Shown here: positions 1 through 8,048 of the stretch, piece after piece | How positions within the stretch are numbered: the first letter of the stretch is position 1 | How the letters are laid out: every line of letters begins with the position of its first letter | IMG/VR virus record: IMGVR_UViG_3300027301_000002 | Source of the DNA: a virus | Lineage: Duplodnaviria > Heunggongvirae > Uroviricota > Caudoviricetes | Direction: 5' to 3' (one strand) | DNA length: 64,000 bases | Translations under genes and position numbers: made by a program | The notes under the pieces: model-generated | The model's database searches: none | The model's input: the letters and a program-made list of their open reading frames with translations, nothing else | Told to the model about the DNA's origin: nothing

Positions 1-285
1 GAAACTTCCACCTACTTTCTCTGGTGCTCCTTCCAAAGATGTGAGGGAGTTGTTGGAGCAAAAGAAATGCCCACCTACTTTCTTTGGTGCTCCTTCCAAG
101 GATGTGAGGGAGTTGTTGGAGCAATAGAAATGCCCACCCACTTCCATTGGTGCTCCTTCCAAAGATGTGAGAGAGTTGTTGGTGCAATAGAACTCACCCT
201 TTACTATCACATCTTCGAGAAAATCTGGCAATCGGTCTAGGTGCAAACTCCTAAGATCGACATCTTCTTGAATCACTTTTGGCAT
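1..285 (-). CDS. LRR-like 22-residue repeat protein, paralog 1 (truncated by window edge)
   Basis: Minus-strand ORF starting at CAT 283-285 (MPKVIQEDVDLRSL...). Same repeat units (NNSLTSLEGAP.KVGG.F.C) and same N-terminus as the four downstream paralogs. Confidence 0.6.
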   Translation of the reverse strand, partial: MPKVIQEDVDLRSLHLDRLPDFLEDVIVKGEFYCTNNSLTSLEGAPMEVGGHFYCSNNSLTSLEGAPKKVGGHFFCSNNSLTSLEGAPEKVGGSF

Positions 286-308
286 ACAATACTATAGCTT
301 AGGGCGTC
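286..308 (-). repeat. conserved intergenic element upstream of LRR paralog (copy 1)
   Basis: acaatactatagcttagggcgtc... is near-identical to copies at 936-958 and 1337-1358. In gene sense it reads ..GACGCCCTAA(G/T)CTATAGTATTGT then ATG. Confidence 0.6.
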
Positions 309-935
309 TTATTCTTCAAGGATATAAACATACTCTTTGATCTTAGATACTTTTCTAATTTCCTCTTCTGTGAAATAGATTCCTTTTGCAAAAGAGATCC
401 AAAGATTTCCACCAATCTCTTTAGGTAGGCCTTCTAAGGAAGTGAGAGAGTTGTAGCACGAGAAATCACCGCCTACTTTCTCTGGAGCACCTTTCAGGGA
501 AGCCAGAGAGTTGTTGTAGCAATAGAAATCACCACCTACTTCCATTGGTGACCCTTCTAGAGAAGTGAGAGGGTTTTGGTCACAAAAGAAATCGCCTTCT
601 ACTTTCTCTGGAGCACCTTCCAAGGAAGTGAGAGAGTTGTTGTAGCAATGGAAACTGCCTCCTACTTTCTCTGGTGCTCCTTTCAGGGAAGTCAGAGAGT
701 TGTTGTAGCAATGGAAATAACGTCCTACTTCCTTTGGCGCCCCTTTCAGAGAAGTGAGGGAGTTGTTGGTGCAAGAGAAATGACCTTCTACTTTCTCTGG
801 CGCCCCTTCCAAGGATGTGAGGGAGTTGTTGTAGCAAAGGAAATTACCCTTCACTATCACATCTTCCAAGAAATCTGGCAATCGGTCTAGGTACAAAGCA
901 CTAAGATCGACGTTTTCTTGAATCACTTTGATCAT
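309..935 (-). CDS. LRR-like 22-residue repeat protein, paralog 2
   Basis: 208 aa ORF with about 7 tandem units of a 22-aa motif (F.CYNNSLTSLEGAPEKVGG.F). N-terminus MIKVIQENVDLS is shared with the paralogs. Confidence 0.75.
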   Translation of the reverse strand: MIKVIQENVDLSALYLDRLPDFLEDVIVKGNFLCYNNSLTSLEGAPEKVEGHFSCTNNSLTSLKGAPKEVGRYFHCYNNSLTSLKGAPEKVGGSFHCYNNSLTSLEGAPEKVEGDFFCDQNPLTSLEGSPMEVGGDFYCYNNSLASLKGAPEKVGGDFSCYNSLTSLEGLPKEIGGNLWISFAKGIYFTEEEIRKVSKIKEYVYILEE

Positions 936-958
936 ACAATACTATAGATTAGGGCGTC
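936..958 (-). repeat. conserved intergenic element (copy 2)
   Basis: acaatactatagattagggcgtc; identical to copy 1 except one base. Confidence 0.6.
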
Positions 959-1336
959 TTATTCTTCAATGATATAAACTCTCCCTTTGATCTTGGATAC
1001 TTTTCTGATTTCCTCTTCTGTGAAATGGATCCCTTTTGCAAAAGAGATCCAAAGAATTCTACCAATCTCTTTAGGTAAACCTTCTAAAGATGTAAGTTTG
1101 TTGTCGTGGCAAAAGAAATTACCACCTACTTTCTCCGGTGCTCCTTCTAAGGATGTGAAAGAGTTGTAGGGGCAATAGAAATTACCACCTACTTTCTTTG
1201 GAGCCCCTTCTAAGGATGTGAGAGAGTTGTTGCCGCAAAAGAAATCACCCTTCACTATCACATCTTCCAAGAAATCTGGTAGTTTCTCGAGGTACAAATC
1301 ACTAAGATCGACATCTCCTTGGATCACTTTGATCAT
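959..1336 (-). CDS. LRR-like 22-residue repeat protein, paralog 3
   Basis: 125 aa with the same N-terminus (MIKVIQGDVDLS) and 3-4 repeat units. Confidence 0.7.
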   Translation of the reverse strand: MIKVIQGDVDLSDLYLEKLPDFLEDVIVKGDFFCGNNSLTSLEGAPKKVGGNFYCPYNSFTSLEGAPEKVGGNFFCHDNKLTSLEGLPKEIGRILWISFAKGIHFTEEEIRKVSKIKGRVYIIEE

Positions 1337-1358
1337 ACAATACTATAGCTTAGGGCGT
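1337..1358 (-). repeat. conserved intergenic element (copy 3)
   Basis: acaatactatagcttagggcgt directly upstream (gene sense) of the 959..1336 start codon. Confidence 0.55.
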
Positions 1359-1371
1359 AGTCGATCTCAAC

Positions 1372-1872
1372 TTATACATTGATGATTCTGCCTTTAATAT
1401 TTGACACTTTTCTAATTTCCTCCTTCGTGAAATAGATCCCTTTAGCAGAAGAGATATAAAGATCTTCACCAATCTTTTTAGGTAATCCTTCTAGTGAAAT
1501 GAGAGGATTGTAAATACAACTGAAATTTCCTCCTACTTCCTCTGGAGCACCTTCTAAGGAAGTGAGAGAGTTATAAGAGCAATCAAAATATCCATATACT
1601 TTGGCTGGAGCTCCATTTAGGGTCTTGAGACTGTTATATGTACAGTTGTAATTTCCACCTACTTTCTCTGGGGCTCCTTCTAAGGATGTGAGGGAGTTGT
1701 TGTAGCAATAGAAACCACGACCTACTTTCTCTGGAGCACCTTCTAGAGAGGATAGGAAGTTGAAAGCGCAATGGAACATGCCATGTACAACCATAACCTC
1801 TTTCATGAAGTCTGGTATTTTAGTGATGTATAATTTACTAACATTAACACTTCCATGAATTTCTTTCGACAT
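1372..1872 (-). CDS. LRR-like 22-residue repeat protein, paralog 4
   Basis: 166 aa with repeat units (YNSLTSLEGAPEKVGG, YNSLKTLNGAPAKVYG). Same architecture; C-terminus KGIYFTKEEIRKVSNIKG is conserved. Confidence 0.7.
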   Translation of the reverse strand: MSKEIHGSVNVSKLYITKIPDFMKEVMVVHGMFHCAFNFLSSLEGAPEKVGRGFYCYNNSLTSLEGAPEKVGGNYNCTYNSLKTLNGAPAKVYGYFDCSYNSLTSLEGAPEEVGGNFSCIYNPLISLEGLPKKIGEDLYISSAKGIYFTKEEIRKVSNIKGRIINV

Positions 1873-1887
1873 ATAAAAATATTCGGA

Positions 1888-2517
1888 TTACCGGTCCTTA
1901 ATATATTTAACAAACCCTCGGATTTTCGACCGTTTCCTAATTTCTGTTTCTGGGAAAAATTCTTTCAATTTCAAAGGAATATAAAAATCTTCGCCAATTT
2001 CTGATGGTATGCCCTCTAATGAAACCAGAGGATTGTCAATGCATGAAAATGAATATTTTACTATTCTCGGTGCACCTTTCAAAGAGGTGAGATTGTTGTT
2101 ATAGCAATAGAAATCCCCACCTACTCTCTTAGGAGCTCCCTCTAGTGTAGAAAGTTTATTATCATTGCAATAGAAAATCCCATCTACTTCATCGGGGGCT
2201 CCTTCTAATGACACGAGTGAGTTAATACCACAATCGTAATCTGTCCCTACTTCTATTGGACCTCCTTCTAGAGTAGTGAGAGAGTTGCAAGAGCAGTCAA
2301 AGGATCCTTTTACTTTCTCGGGGCCTCCTTTTAATGATTTAAGCCTATTTGAATAACAATCAAATGTTTGTACTACTCTTGGGCTATTCTCTAATGTATA
2401 AAGATAATTTTCTATACATGAAAACATCCCATTGACTACAGCACCATTGAGAAATTCCGGCAATTTAAAAAGAACCAATTCATCAAGAATTACATTGCCG
2501 TTAATAACCTTCTCCAT
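1888..2517 (-). CDS. LRR-like 22-residue repeat protein, paralog 5 (more divergent)
   Basis: 209 aa with units such as CNSLTTLEGGPIEVG, INSLVSLEGAPDEVDG and NNNLTSLKGAPRIV. Same conserved C-terminal tail motif. Confidence 0.7.
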   Translation of the reverse strand: MEKVINGNVILDELVLFKLPEFLNGAVVNGMFSCIENYLYTLENSPRVVQTFDCYSNRLKSLKGGPEKVKGSFDCSCNSLTTLEGGPIEVGTDYDCGINSLVSLEGAPDEVDGIFYCNDNKLSTLEGAPKRVGGDFYCYNNNLTSLKGAPRIVKYSFSCIDNPLVSLEGIPSEIGEDFYIPLKLKEFFPETEIRKRSKIRGFVKYIKDR

Positions 2518-2547
2518 AGTATATTATAAATCAGTGCTCTCTATTCA

Positions 2548-2883
2548 TCAAGCGTTATATTCGTCATTCCATCGTTTGATTTGTGACTCTCGAAAGATAT
2601 TAGTACTTTTGACTAAGTTTAGGAACTGAGGCCAATTCTCCTTTGGTCTTTTGCTCTGTGCTAAATAGTCTACTGCTTTTGCTAATACGTATTCGTGTGC
2701 AGTTGGTTCGGGTGGAATAACGGCTGGATCGTGGTCGTACCACTTATACCCACAATTGCTACACTGACCTTTTGGTTCGCCCATCGAATCACAAATGAAT
2801 GGATCTTCTACGTAGTTCTTACAATTTGTCTTCATTGTGTTGCTTGGGCTTTTCCCAAAAGACAATAAAGTCTTCCGCGGCAT
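2548..2883 (-). CDS. hypothetical protein (Cys-containing)
   Basis: 111 aa ORF in the minus block; no recognisable motif. The true start may be the internal Met (MKTNCK). Confidence 0.45.
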   Translation of the reverse strand: MPRKTLLSFGKSPSNTMKTNCKNYVEDPFICDSMGEPKGQCSNCGYKWYDHDPAVIPPEPTAHEYVLAKAVDYLAQSKRPKENWPQFLNLVKSTNIFRESQIKRWNDEYNA

Positions 2884-3022
2884 CTACCCCATCTTGAAAT
2901 TTATCCCAATACTCTGCACCATATTCTTTTTCATTCTTTTCGACATAAACGGCAACCATCCGTTCGATCAAATGGAAAAAATGGTTCTTTTTAAATTTAC
3001 TGTCTAAAGTGCTGGACTCCAT
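2819..3022 (-). CDS. hypothetical protein
   Basis: 67 aa ORF; overlaps the next gene by 65 nt, so one of the two starts is uncertain. Confidence 0.35.
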   Translation of the reverse strand: MESSTLDSKFKKNHFFHLIERMVAVYVEKNEKEYGAEYWDKFQDGVDAAEDFIVFWEKPKQHNEDKL

Positions 3023-3027
3023 ACTTC

Positions 3028-3885
3028 TTACTTGATCATTTTTTTGATTTTCTCGAATGCCTCATTTTGGCGAGGAATAATTTCAGTCTCGTAAACCTTC
3101 GCAAATTCTTCGGAATTTTTAAAGTAGTACACATTATCAAAAGAAACCATTCCAAGGTTCTCCCCATCACGGGTGACCTTATATTTCTCGCTCTGGATGA
3201 AGTCAACGATATATTGTTTATACTTTTCAACTGGCGCCCGGTTTTGTTTGCCTTTGATTTGCACAATGGTCTTTGAGGATGGTGGGGAGAGTTCCATAGT
3301 AACGTGAGGATTATTACCTCGATCCCATAGGCTGATGATTGAAGTTGGCTTGACTTTGTACGATTCATTTTTCGCACAGTGGCCCATTGACTCTCCCTCA
3401 TATTGACACACCTTTGCGGTAAGAGCACCGATGATCTTATGTCCGTTTTCAAACACATGGATCACCTTATAGTCGACACCCTCGACCAATTGATTCTTAT
3501 CGACAGACGCCCCGGAGTTAGCCATCTGCTCGTCCCAGACTTCAATCTCATTGCAGTAGATATCTTCTGGAGTCTTCTTGTAGAGCTTCGACAAATATTT
3601 TTCATCTTTGGTCAAGAGGAAGTCGCACACATGAAGAAGGAAATCAATGCGACCATTATCATATACCACGACATAAGCATTCTTTTTCCAATCCTCGTCG
3701 CCTTTCGCTGGATTGTATTTACGTACAATGTTTTGCAATTCATGTCGGCACATTTCGCCGGAACTTTCGAAGAAGCGCTTCTCCGCCTTGACCAGCCATT
3801 GAGTGATCACTTCATTGTCAATGCCTTTGATTTTGGTGACTTTATTAACTGCTTCGATGATTGGCTCGATTGAGATAAGATTCAT
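3028..3885 (-). CDS. hypothetical protein
   Basis: 285 aa ORF with good coding composition; no motif recognised. Confidence 0.55.
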   Translation of the reverse strand: MNLISIEPIIEAVNKVTKIKGIDNEVITQWLVKAEKRFFESSGEMCRHELQNIVRKYNPAKGDEDWKKNAYVVVYDNGRIDFLLHVCDFLLTKDEKYLSKLYKKTPEDIYCNEIEVWDEQMANSGASVDKNQLVEGVDYKVIHVFENGHKIIGALTAKVCQYEGESMGHCAKNESYKVKPTSIISLWDRGNNPHVTMELSPPSSKTIVQIKGKQNRAPVEKYKQYIVDFIQSEKYKVTRDGENLGMVSFDNVYYFKNSEEFAKVYETEIIPRQNEAFEKIKKMIK

Positions 3886-3947
3886 AATTAAGTGCGTTGG
3901 TGTTTATAACTATACCACTTGGTGTTTGTTCGATCAACCGATATGTG

Positions 3948-4466
3948 TTACTGATTTGCTAAAATAAATTTGCGAACTTCGTCGTCGATGATTGGTTTGC
4001 CTTCGTGAAGAATACTCACAATGATTTTGTATAATTCAAATGCTTTCTTTTCGAAAAAGGCGGTCGCTGCTTCGAATCCCATTGTCTCGATCCAACAATT
4101 CATTTGAGGATATTGAGGCGCAAAGTGTGCTATTGAACCATTATGGAAATTACCAATCCAGCAGAGAAGAAATATCGCTCCTTTCACATTCTTGTCACTA
4201 ACCATGTATTCGAAGAACACTGCTCTTTCTTCCGGGGCCTTGCCTACATATCTATTAAGCTTCGTGATATACTCGCCGTCGAGAAAGACAATAGATCTTC
4301 CTTTGGTGGTAGCATGTTCTTTCAGTGCATCTACATTCGCATCATTAAGATATGCCTTGCGAATTGTTGGCCATTTAACATTAGTACCTCTACAGGCAAA
4401 GATAGAAGAAGATTTCAAAGGTTGCCTATTCATAGACACCTTAGTGTTCTTACGCAGATCGATCAT
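3948..4466 (-). CDS. hypothetical protein
   Basis: 172 aa ORF; no motif recognised. Confidence 0.5.
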   Translation of the reverse strand: MIDLRKNTKVSMNRQPLKSSSIFACRGTNVKWPTIRKAYLNDANVDALKEHATTKGRSIVFLDGEYITKLNRYVGKAPEERAVFFEYMVSDKNVKGAIFLLCWIGNFHNGSIAHFAPQYPQMNCWIETMGFEAATAFFEKKAFELYKIIVSILHEGKPIIDDEVRKFILANQ

Positions 4467-4540
4467 AGTTATTATATGCTTTGGTTGTTAATAACTATAC
4501 AACGTGGTGTTTGTTTACTCAACTGCTTATGTTAGTGATA

Positions 4541-4823
4541 TGGTAGGGGCGGAGGGATTCGAACCCACAATCAACCGATTATGCTTACCACTACGGCTTT
4601 CGCCGCCTGTATAGTTTGTGGTCTGGACTATCCCTTAATCTTCGACATGACTCGGTAAGATTGAACTATTATAGTCTCTGCACGTTCCTCTTTCGAGGCT
4701 TCGCTCAGGATTGGCATCGGCATTATCCGTTAAGCGTTCCCTGAATTTAAGTTCTGCTAACTTACTATTTCTAATAAGAAGACCCGTTAAAGTCGGCTGC
4801 TTTGACCCTTAAGCTACACCCCC
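4541..4823 (-). tRNA. tRNA (anticodon CAU; Met/fMet/Ile2) interrupted by a group I intron in the anticodon loop
   Basis: On the minus strand the 5' exon GGGGGTG-TA-GCTT-AAGGGTCA-AAGC-A-GCCGA-CU and the 3' exon CAUAA-UCGGU-UGAUU-GUGGG-UUCGAAU-CCCUC-CGCCCCU-A-CCA give a full cloverleaf (acceptor GGGGGUG/CGCCCCU, anticodon stem GCCGA/UCGGU, loop CU|CAUAA). The roughly 207-nt insert carries group I core elements. Confidence 0.7.
4584..4790 (-). ncRNA. group I self-splicing intron (ORF-less), approximate boundaries
   Basis: Minus-strand P4/Q-like UUCAGGGAA ... AAUCCUGAG, R-like GUGCAGAGACUAUAA and S-like GGAUAGUCC (plus 4625-4633, 4670-4683, 4704-4712, 4737-4745). A G precedes the 3' exon and a U ends the 5' exon. 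No ORF inside. Confidence 0.6.
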
Positions 4824-4841
4824 ATAAATTTTTTCTAAAGA

Positions 4842-5348
4842 TTACTCAAACTGGATGCTTTCAAATTCAACAATGTATCCCCCGGATTTATTTTGGTTTT
4901 CGTTCAACACTACCTTATATTCATCACCCCTGATCCCTACTACATACATCCCCTTATATGTTCCACTGGTAATGCACTTACTTCCTACAATATTTTCCGG
5001 TATGATTAAATTGTTTTCAGTGGTCCACTTGAGAACAGCAGCCCGATGATGTGACCGTGCAATATCTGGTGCATCATCGAGGATTTCTACTAGATTAGAA
5101 TCTCCTGTTAAATATAGATGGTCTTCCATGTACTTAGCCAGACTGAAGCCATCATCAGTAAATACCCCATATCTTGAGATCCTTCCGAAAACCTTTTTTA
5201 TATCAGAGATGCATTCTTCATCAGAAGAACCTTCATTGCAAGCATCTAGCCAATCACAATACCTACCAATGAGCCTCTGAACATCAGGGGCAGTATAATC
5301 AATTTGATCTTCGCTGAACTTTGGTCTCTTGATTGTGGTTGCTTGCAT
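4842..5348 (-). CDS. hypothetical protein
   Basis: 168 aa ORF. Confidence 0.5.
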   Translation of the reverse strand: MQATTIKRPKFSEDQIDYTAPDVQRLIGRYCDWLDACNEGSSDEECISDIKKVFGRISRYGVFTDDGFSLAKYMEDHLYLTGDSNLVEILDDAPDIARSHHRAAVLKWTTENNLIIPENIVGSKCITSGTYKGMYVVGIRGDEYKVVLNENQNKSGGYIVEFESIQFE

Positions 5349-5383
5349 ATATTATTATCAATGATGGTGTGTATAGATTCAAC

Positions 5384-5416
5384 AAAAAAGCACACTGTTT
5401 TAGTGTGCTTTTTTGC
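5384..5416. terminator. rho-independent terminator (bidirectional-looking)
   Basis: AAAAAAGCACACT-gtttt-AGTGTGC-TTTTTTG: 7-bp GC-containing stem flanked by an A-run and a T-run, between two minus-strand genes. Confidence 0.6.
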
Positions 5417-5449
5417 TATGAAATATGATTCGGAAAATGAATTTGAATC

Positions 5450-5974
5450 TTATGGTGTTCTCATTGCATTCATCGCGCCTTTAGTAAAGCCGTCTGCCTG
5501 GGCTGCGCCTGCTGACGCTGCGGTCGATCCTACAATACTTGATGCTGCGTCATTCAAATCATCAAGAGAAAGACTTGTATTTAGAAGACCTTCCCAATTA
5601 CTGTCAAGACTCACTAATTTTTGAATAATTTGATCTGCTTGTGTTAAAAGTTTGGTCAGTTGTCTTGCCTGTGCCTTCGCCTCTGCTGCAGCTGCCCCCG
5701 TCTTGGCAATATTGCTAATGTTTGCACCGACTTGCGCAGCACCTCTTCCTACTGCCTTCGCCGCGCTCCCTACTGCACTTCCTGCAGCACTTCCCAAGCC
5801 ACTAACAGCGCCCTTGAGTTTATCCCACCAAGCTTCATCGATTCTTGATGGATCAGCAATGTATTGCTCAATGAGTTGTCTAATTTGTCCCGCATAAAGC
5901 TCTCTTGCTTCTGCGATCTGTACAGTCTGGGAGTATGATTCCCAAAGACGATTGTTCTCGGTATAATGTCTCAT
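5450..5974 (-). CDS. hypothetical protein with Gly/Ala-rich central segment
   Basis: 174 aa; low-complexity GSAAGSAVGSAAKAVGRGAAQVGAN region. Confidence 0.5.
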   Translation of the reverse strand: MRHYTENNRLWESYSQTVQIAEARELYAGQIRQLIEQYIADPSRIDEAWWDKLKGAVSGLGSAAGSAVGSAAKAVGRGAAQVGANISNIAKTGAAAAEAKAQARQLTKLLTQADQIIQKLVSLDSNWEGLLNTSLSLDDLNDAASSIVGSTAASAGAAQADGFTKGAMNAMRTP

Positions 5975-6331
5975 GGATAATACTTACTTATGTTTATTCG
6001 TCGTGCTGTTCGAATAATTGCTTTTCAATTTTTTCCCGGATGTCATCTTTGAGGTTTAACGCAAGAAGTGCAACGATTGCAATCCATTCTTTAACGGGCA
6101 AGCTAATTGAAATTTTATTTTTCATGTGATAAGTATTAATAATGATTACTGAATATTGGATTGAACGACGAGATCACATGGACGATTGGAAACCTATTGA
6201 CAAGGCTTATAGCCATCGTGAAGCAAAAGAATTATATGATTCACATGCATCAAGAGTTTGTGGGGAGCTTGGTAGTAGCAGTGACATTCGCGTACTTAAA
6301 GTAACTTGGGAGGTTATATCGTTTCGATAAA

Positions 6332-6403
6332 TGGTAGCCACGGTCGGACTCGAACCGACACTCTACGGATTTTAAGTCCGTTGCCTCTGCCATTGGACTA
6401 CGT
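6332..6403 (-). tRNA. tRNA with anticodon UAA (Leu UUR decoding) but class I (short variable arm), A73, CCA encoded
   Basis: Minus strand: GGCCACG-UA-GUCC..-A-ACGGA-CUUAAAA-UCCGU-AGAGU-GUCGG-UUCGAGU-CCGAC-CGUGGCU-A-CCA. Confidence 0.65.
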
Positions 6404-6425
6404 GGCCATGTTTCGTGTGATAGAT

Positions 6426-6851
6426 TTATTTATTTGAGTCGAGAAGATAAAGCAATGATTTCATATACTTTAGTACTTGGTCCTCTGTTGGGCTATCACT
6501 AAGATTTGCTAGCATGTCTGCAATTTTGACTTCTGTTGCGAATCGGTTCGACGCAATGGTTTTAATATACTCGTCGTATGGAATGTCTTTCTTTTTTGTC
6601 AACATGATGACGATATCGATGATTTGGTTCGAAATCCCTTGATCTCGTAGATCTTCGACTGTCACTGACGTATCTTCCAGAACATCATGAAGCCATGCCA
6701 CTGCTTCGACACCTGGATTGTCTGTGAGTCTCGATGCAACAGCTTCGGGATGTTTAATATAAGGAGTAACACCATCTCGCCGAAATTGCCCTTCGTGAGC
6801 CTTTATTGCAATGCGTTTGGCAATCTCTACGATATCGTTTGTTGGTGTCAT
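6426..6851 (-). CDS. small alarmone hydrolase, RelA/SpoT-type HD domain ((p)ppGpp hydrolase-like)
   Basis: AHEGQFRRDGVTPYIKHPEAVASRL ... AVAWLHDVLEDT matches the SpoT/Mesh1 hydrolase HD signature (AH.GQ.R..G.PY..HP..VA ... LLHDv.EDT). Confidence 0.75.
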   Translation of the reverse strand: MTPTNDIVEIAKRIAIKAHEGQFRRDGVTPYIKHPEAVASRLTDNPGVEAVAWLHDVLEDTSVTVEDLRDQGISNQIIDIVIMLTKKKDIPYDEYIKTIASNRFATEVKIADMLANLSDSPTEDQVLKYMKSLLYLLDSNK

Positions 6852-7088
6852 GTGTATAATACAATACCTCGTGGTTGTTATCTAATCAAATATTGTTTAG
6901 TTTGTCAGATAATATTTCTTGAGGATTTTATACCATATCGATTCATCGTCTTCACTCAGCGAGAATCTAGATTCCAACCAAGTTCTTTCGAAATCAGTAA
7001 GATGAAAGGTTTCCATTAAGAATTGGCTTATGCTTTCGTAATCCATATACTGTTACTTAACAGCATGGCGACTAGCTAAGCACAATTC

Positions 7089-7391
7089 TCAATCTGACGA
7101 TTTCGTCAGCGGCCTCCACCCGACATTCATGCAGAAGTATTTAACGCCATTGACCACTACAGCATCGCCAATTGATACCGAACGCAACGGACGATACTCT
7201 CTCGCGATCGCAGCCCATTCCTCACTTAGTGCATCTTCGGGTGCATTAGTAATGGCAAATGCAGCTTCGCAAGCGTCTTCTCCATCATATTTGGCAGGAA
7301 GATTAAACTCAAATTCCTGCGTCACAATCTGGTAGTCTCTTTGATTTTCTTCGTAGACTTTGTTGTTGAGAATGATGCGGATGTTTGTCAT
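7089..7391 (-). CDS. hypothetical protein
   Basis: 100 aa ORF. Confidence 0.5.
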   Translation of the reverse strand: MTNIRIILNNKVYEENQRDYQIVTQEFEFNLPAKYDGEDACEAAFAITNAPEDALSEEWAAIAREYRPLRSVSIGDAVVVNGVKYFCMNVGWRPLTKSSD

Positions 7392-7421
7392 GTTATATTA
7401 TAATAGTGGGTTGTGTTTTAA

Positions 7422-7793
7422 TCAATCCTCATCTTCTGTTTCTTCGTCGACAGCTTCATTTGTGATTTCTTGCATGTCATCGTCATCAGTAACGAGGTAT
7501 GAGTACGGGTCCATAAAGGTTACCATCATGAATTTAAGATCTGGCATTGCATCTCGAAGCCATTCAAAGAATGGATGGCGACGATACTTACTTTCTTTTA
7601 GGGTTTGTGGATCACAATAGAGTGTTCCTGTTTCAGCAAGATGGTTAATAAATTTGCGAGACATTTCATCTCGACCAATTGTCGGCACTGGATCGAAAAT
7701 GGTGTAAGCAAATTCGCCATTTACCTTTTGACCGAGATAACGAAATGCGTTATCGACACCGTCTCTAGCATAATCAACAGGATCGTATTTCAT
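7422..7793 (-). CDS. hypothetical protein, acidic C-terminal tail
   Basis: 123 aa ending ...EAVDEETEDED. Confidence 0.5.
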   Translation of the reverse strand: MKYDPVDYARDGVDNAFRYLGQKVNGEFAYTIFDPVPTIGRDEMSRKFINHLAETGTLYCDPQTLKESKYRRHPFFEWLRDAMPDLKFMMVTFMDPYSYLVTDDDDMQEITNEAVDEETEDED

Positions 7794-8044
7794 ATTGGAT
7801 TGGCTATTACCGCTTCGTATGTTTGGATTTCGACTGGTTCTATATTAACGACATCTACTTCACCAGAGCGGATCATCTCGAGCATGTTTGCGTTTATCAA
7901 AGTCAGTAATGCCCACTGCATGATCTGGTCTGCCTTCTCACCTCGAATCTCGTATTTATCAATGTCCTTCTTGAGTTTTGTCGTAAGTTCTTTGCCTATC
8001 AATTCCTCAGTTGTAAACACCTTTGCATCATTCATATTATTCAT
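7790..8044 (-). CDS. hypothetical protein (start trimmed to internal Met MNNMNDAK)
   Basis: The ORF-track call 7790..8233 has a 5' extension that overlaps the next gene in another frame. The internal start removes the overlap. Confidence 0.4.
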   Translation of the reverse strand: MNNMNDAKVFTTEELIGKELTTKLKKDIDKYEIRGEKADQIMQWALLTLINANMLEMIRSGEVDVVNIEPVEIQTYEAVIANPI

Positions 8045-8048
8045 ATTA

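Noticed and set aside
576-890. Plus-strand ORFs (576..890, 987..1169, 2432..2629) and the minus-strand alternate-frame ORF 580..837, all overlapping the LRR-repeat genes
   Set aside because: They are second-frame or antisense artefacts of the repetitive coding sequence, with low-complexity Arg/Ser-rich translations that mirror the repeat period.
1-2517. CRISPR array or DNA-level tandem repeat as an explanation of the about 66-nt periodicity
   Set aside because: The periodicity is in-frame protein-coding (22-aa units) with degenerate DNA identity and no spacer/repeat alternation. No cas genes are present.
4541-4832. tmRNA (ssrA) hypothesis for the about 290-nt RNA whose ends pair as GGGGGUG/CGCCCCU-A-CCA with a T-arm
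   Set aside because: No plausible tag-peptide reading frame ending in ALAA-type residues could be found. The internal sequence instead contains group I intron P4/Q, R (GCAGAGACUAUAA) and S (GGAUAGUCC) elements, and the flanks complete a full tRNA cloverleaf with a CAU anticodon.
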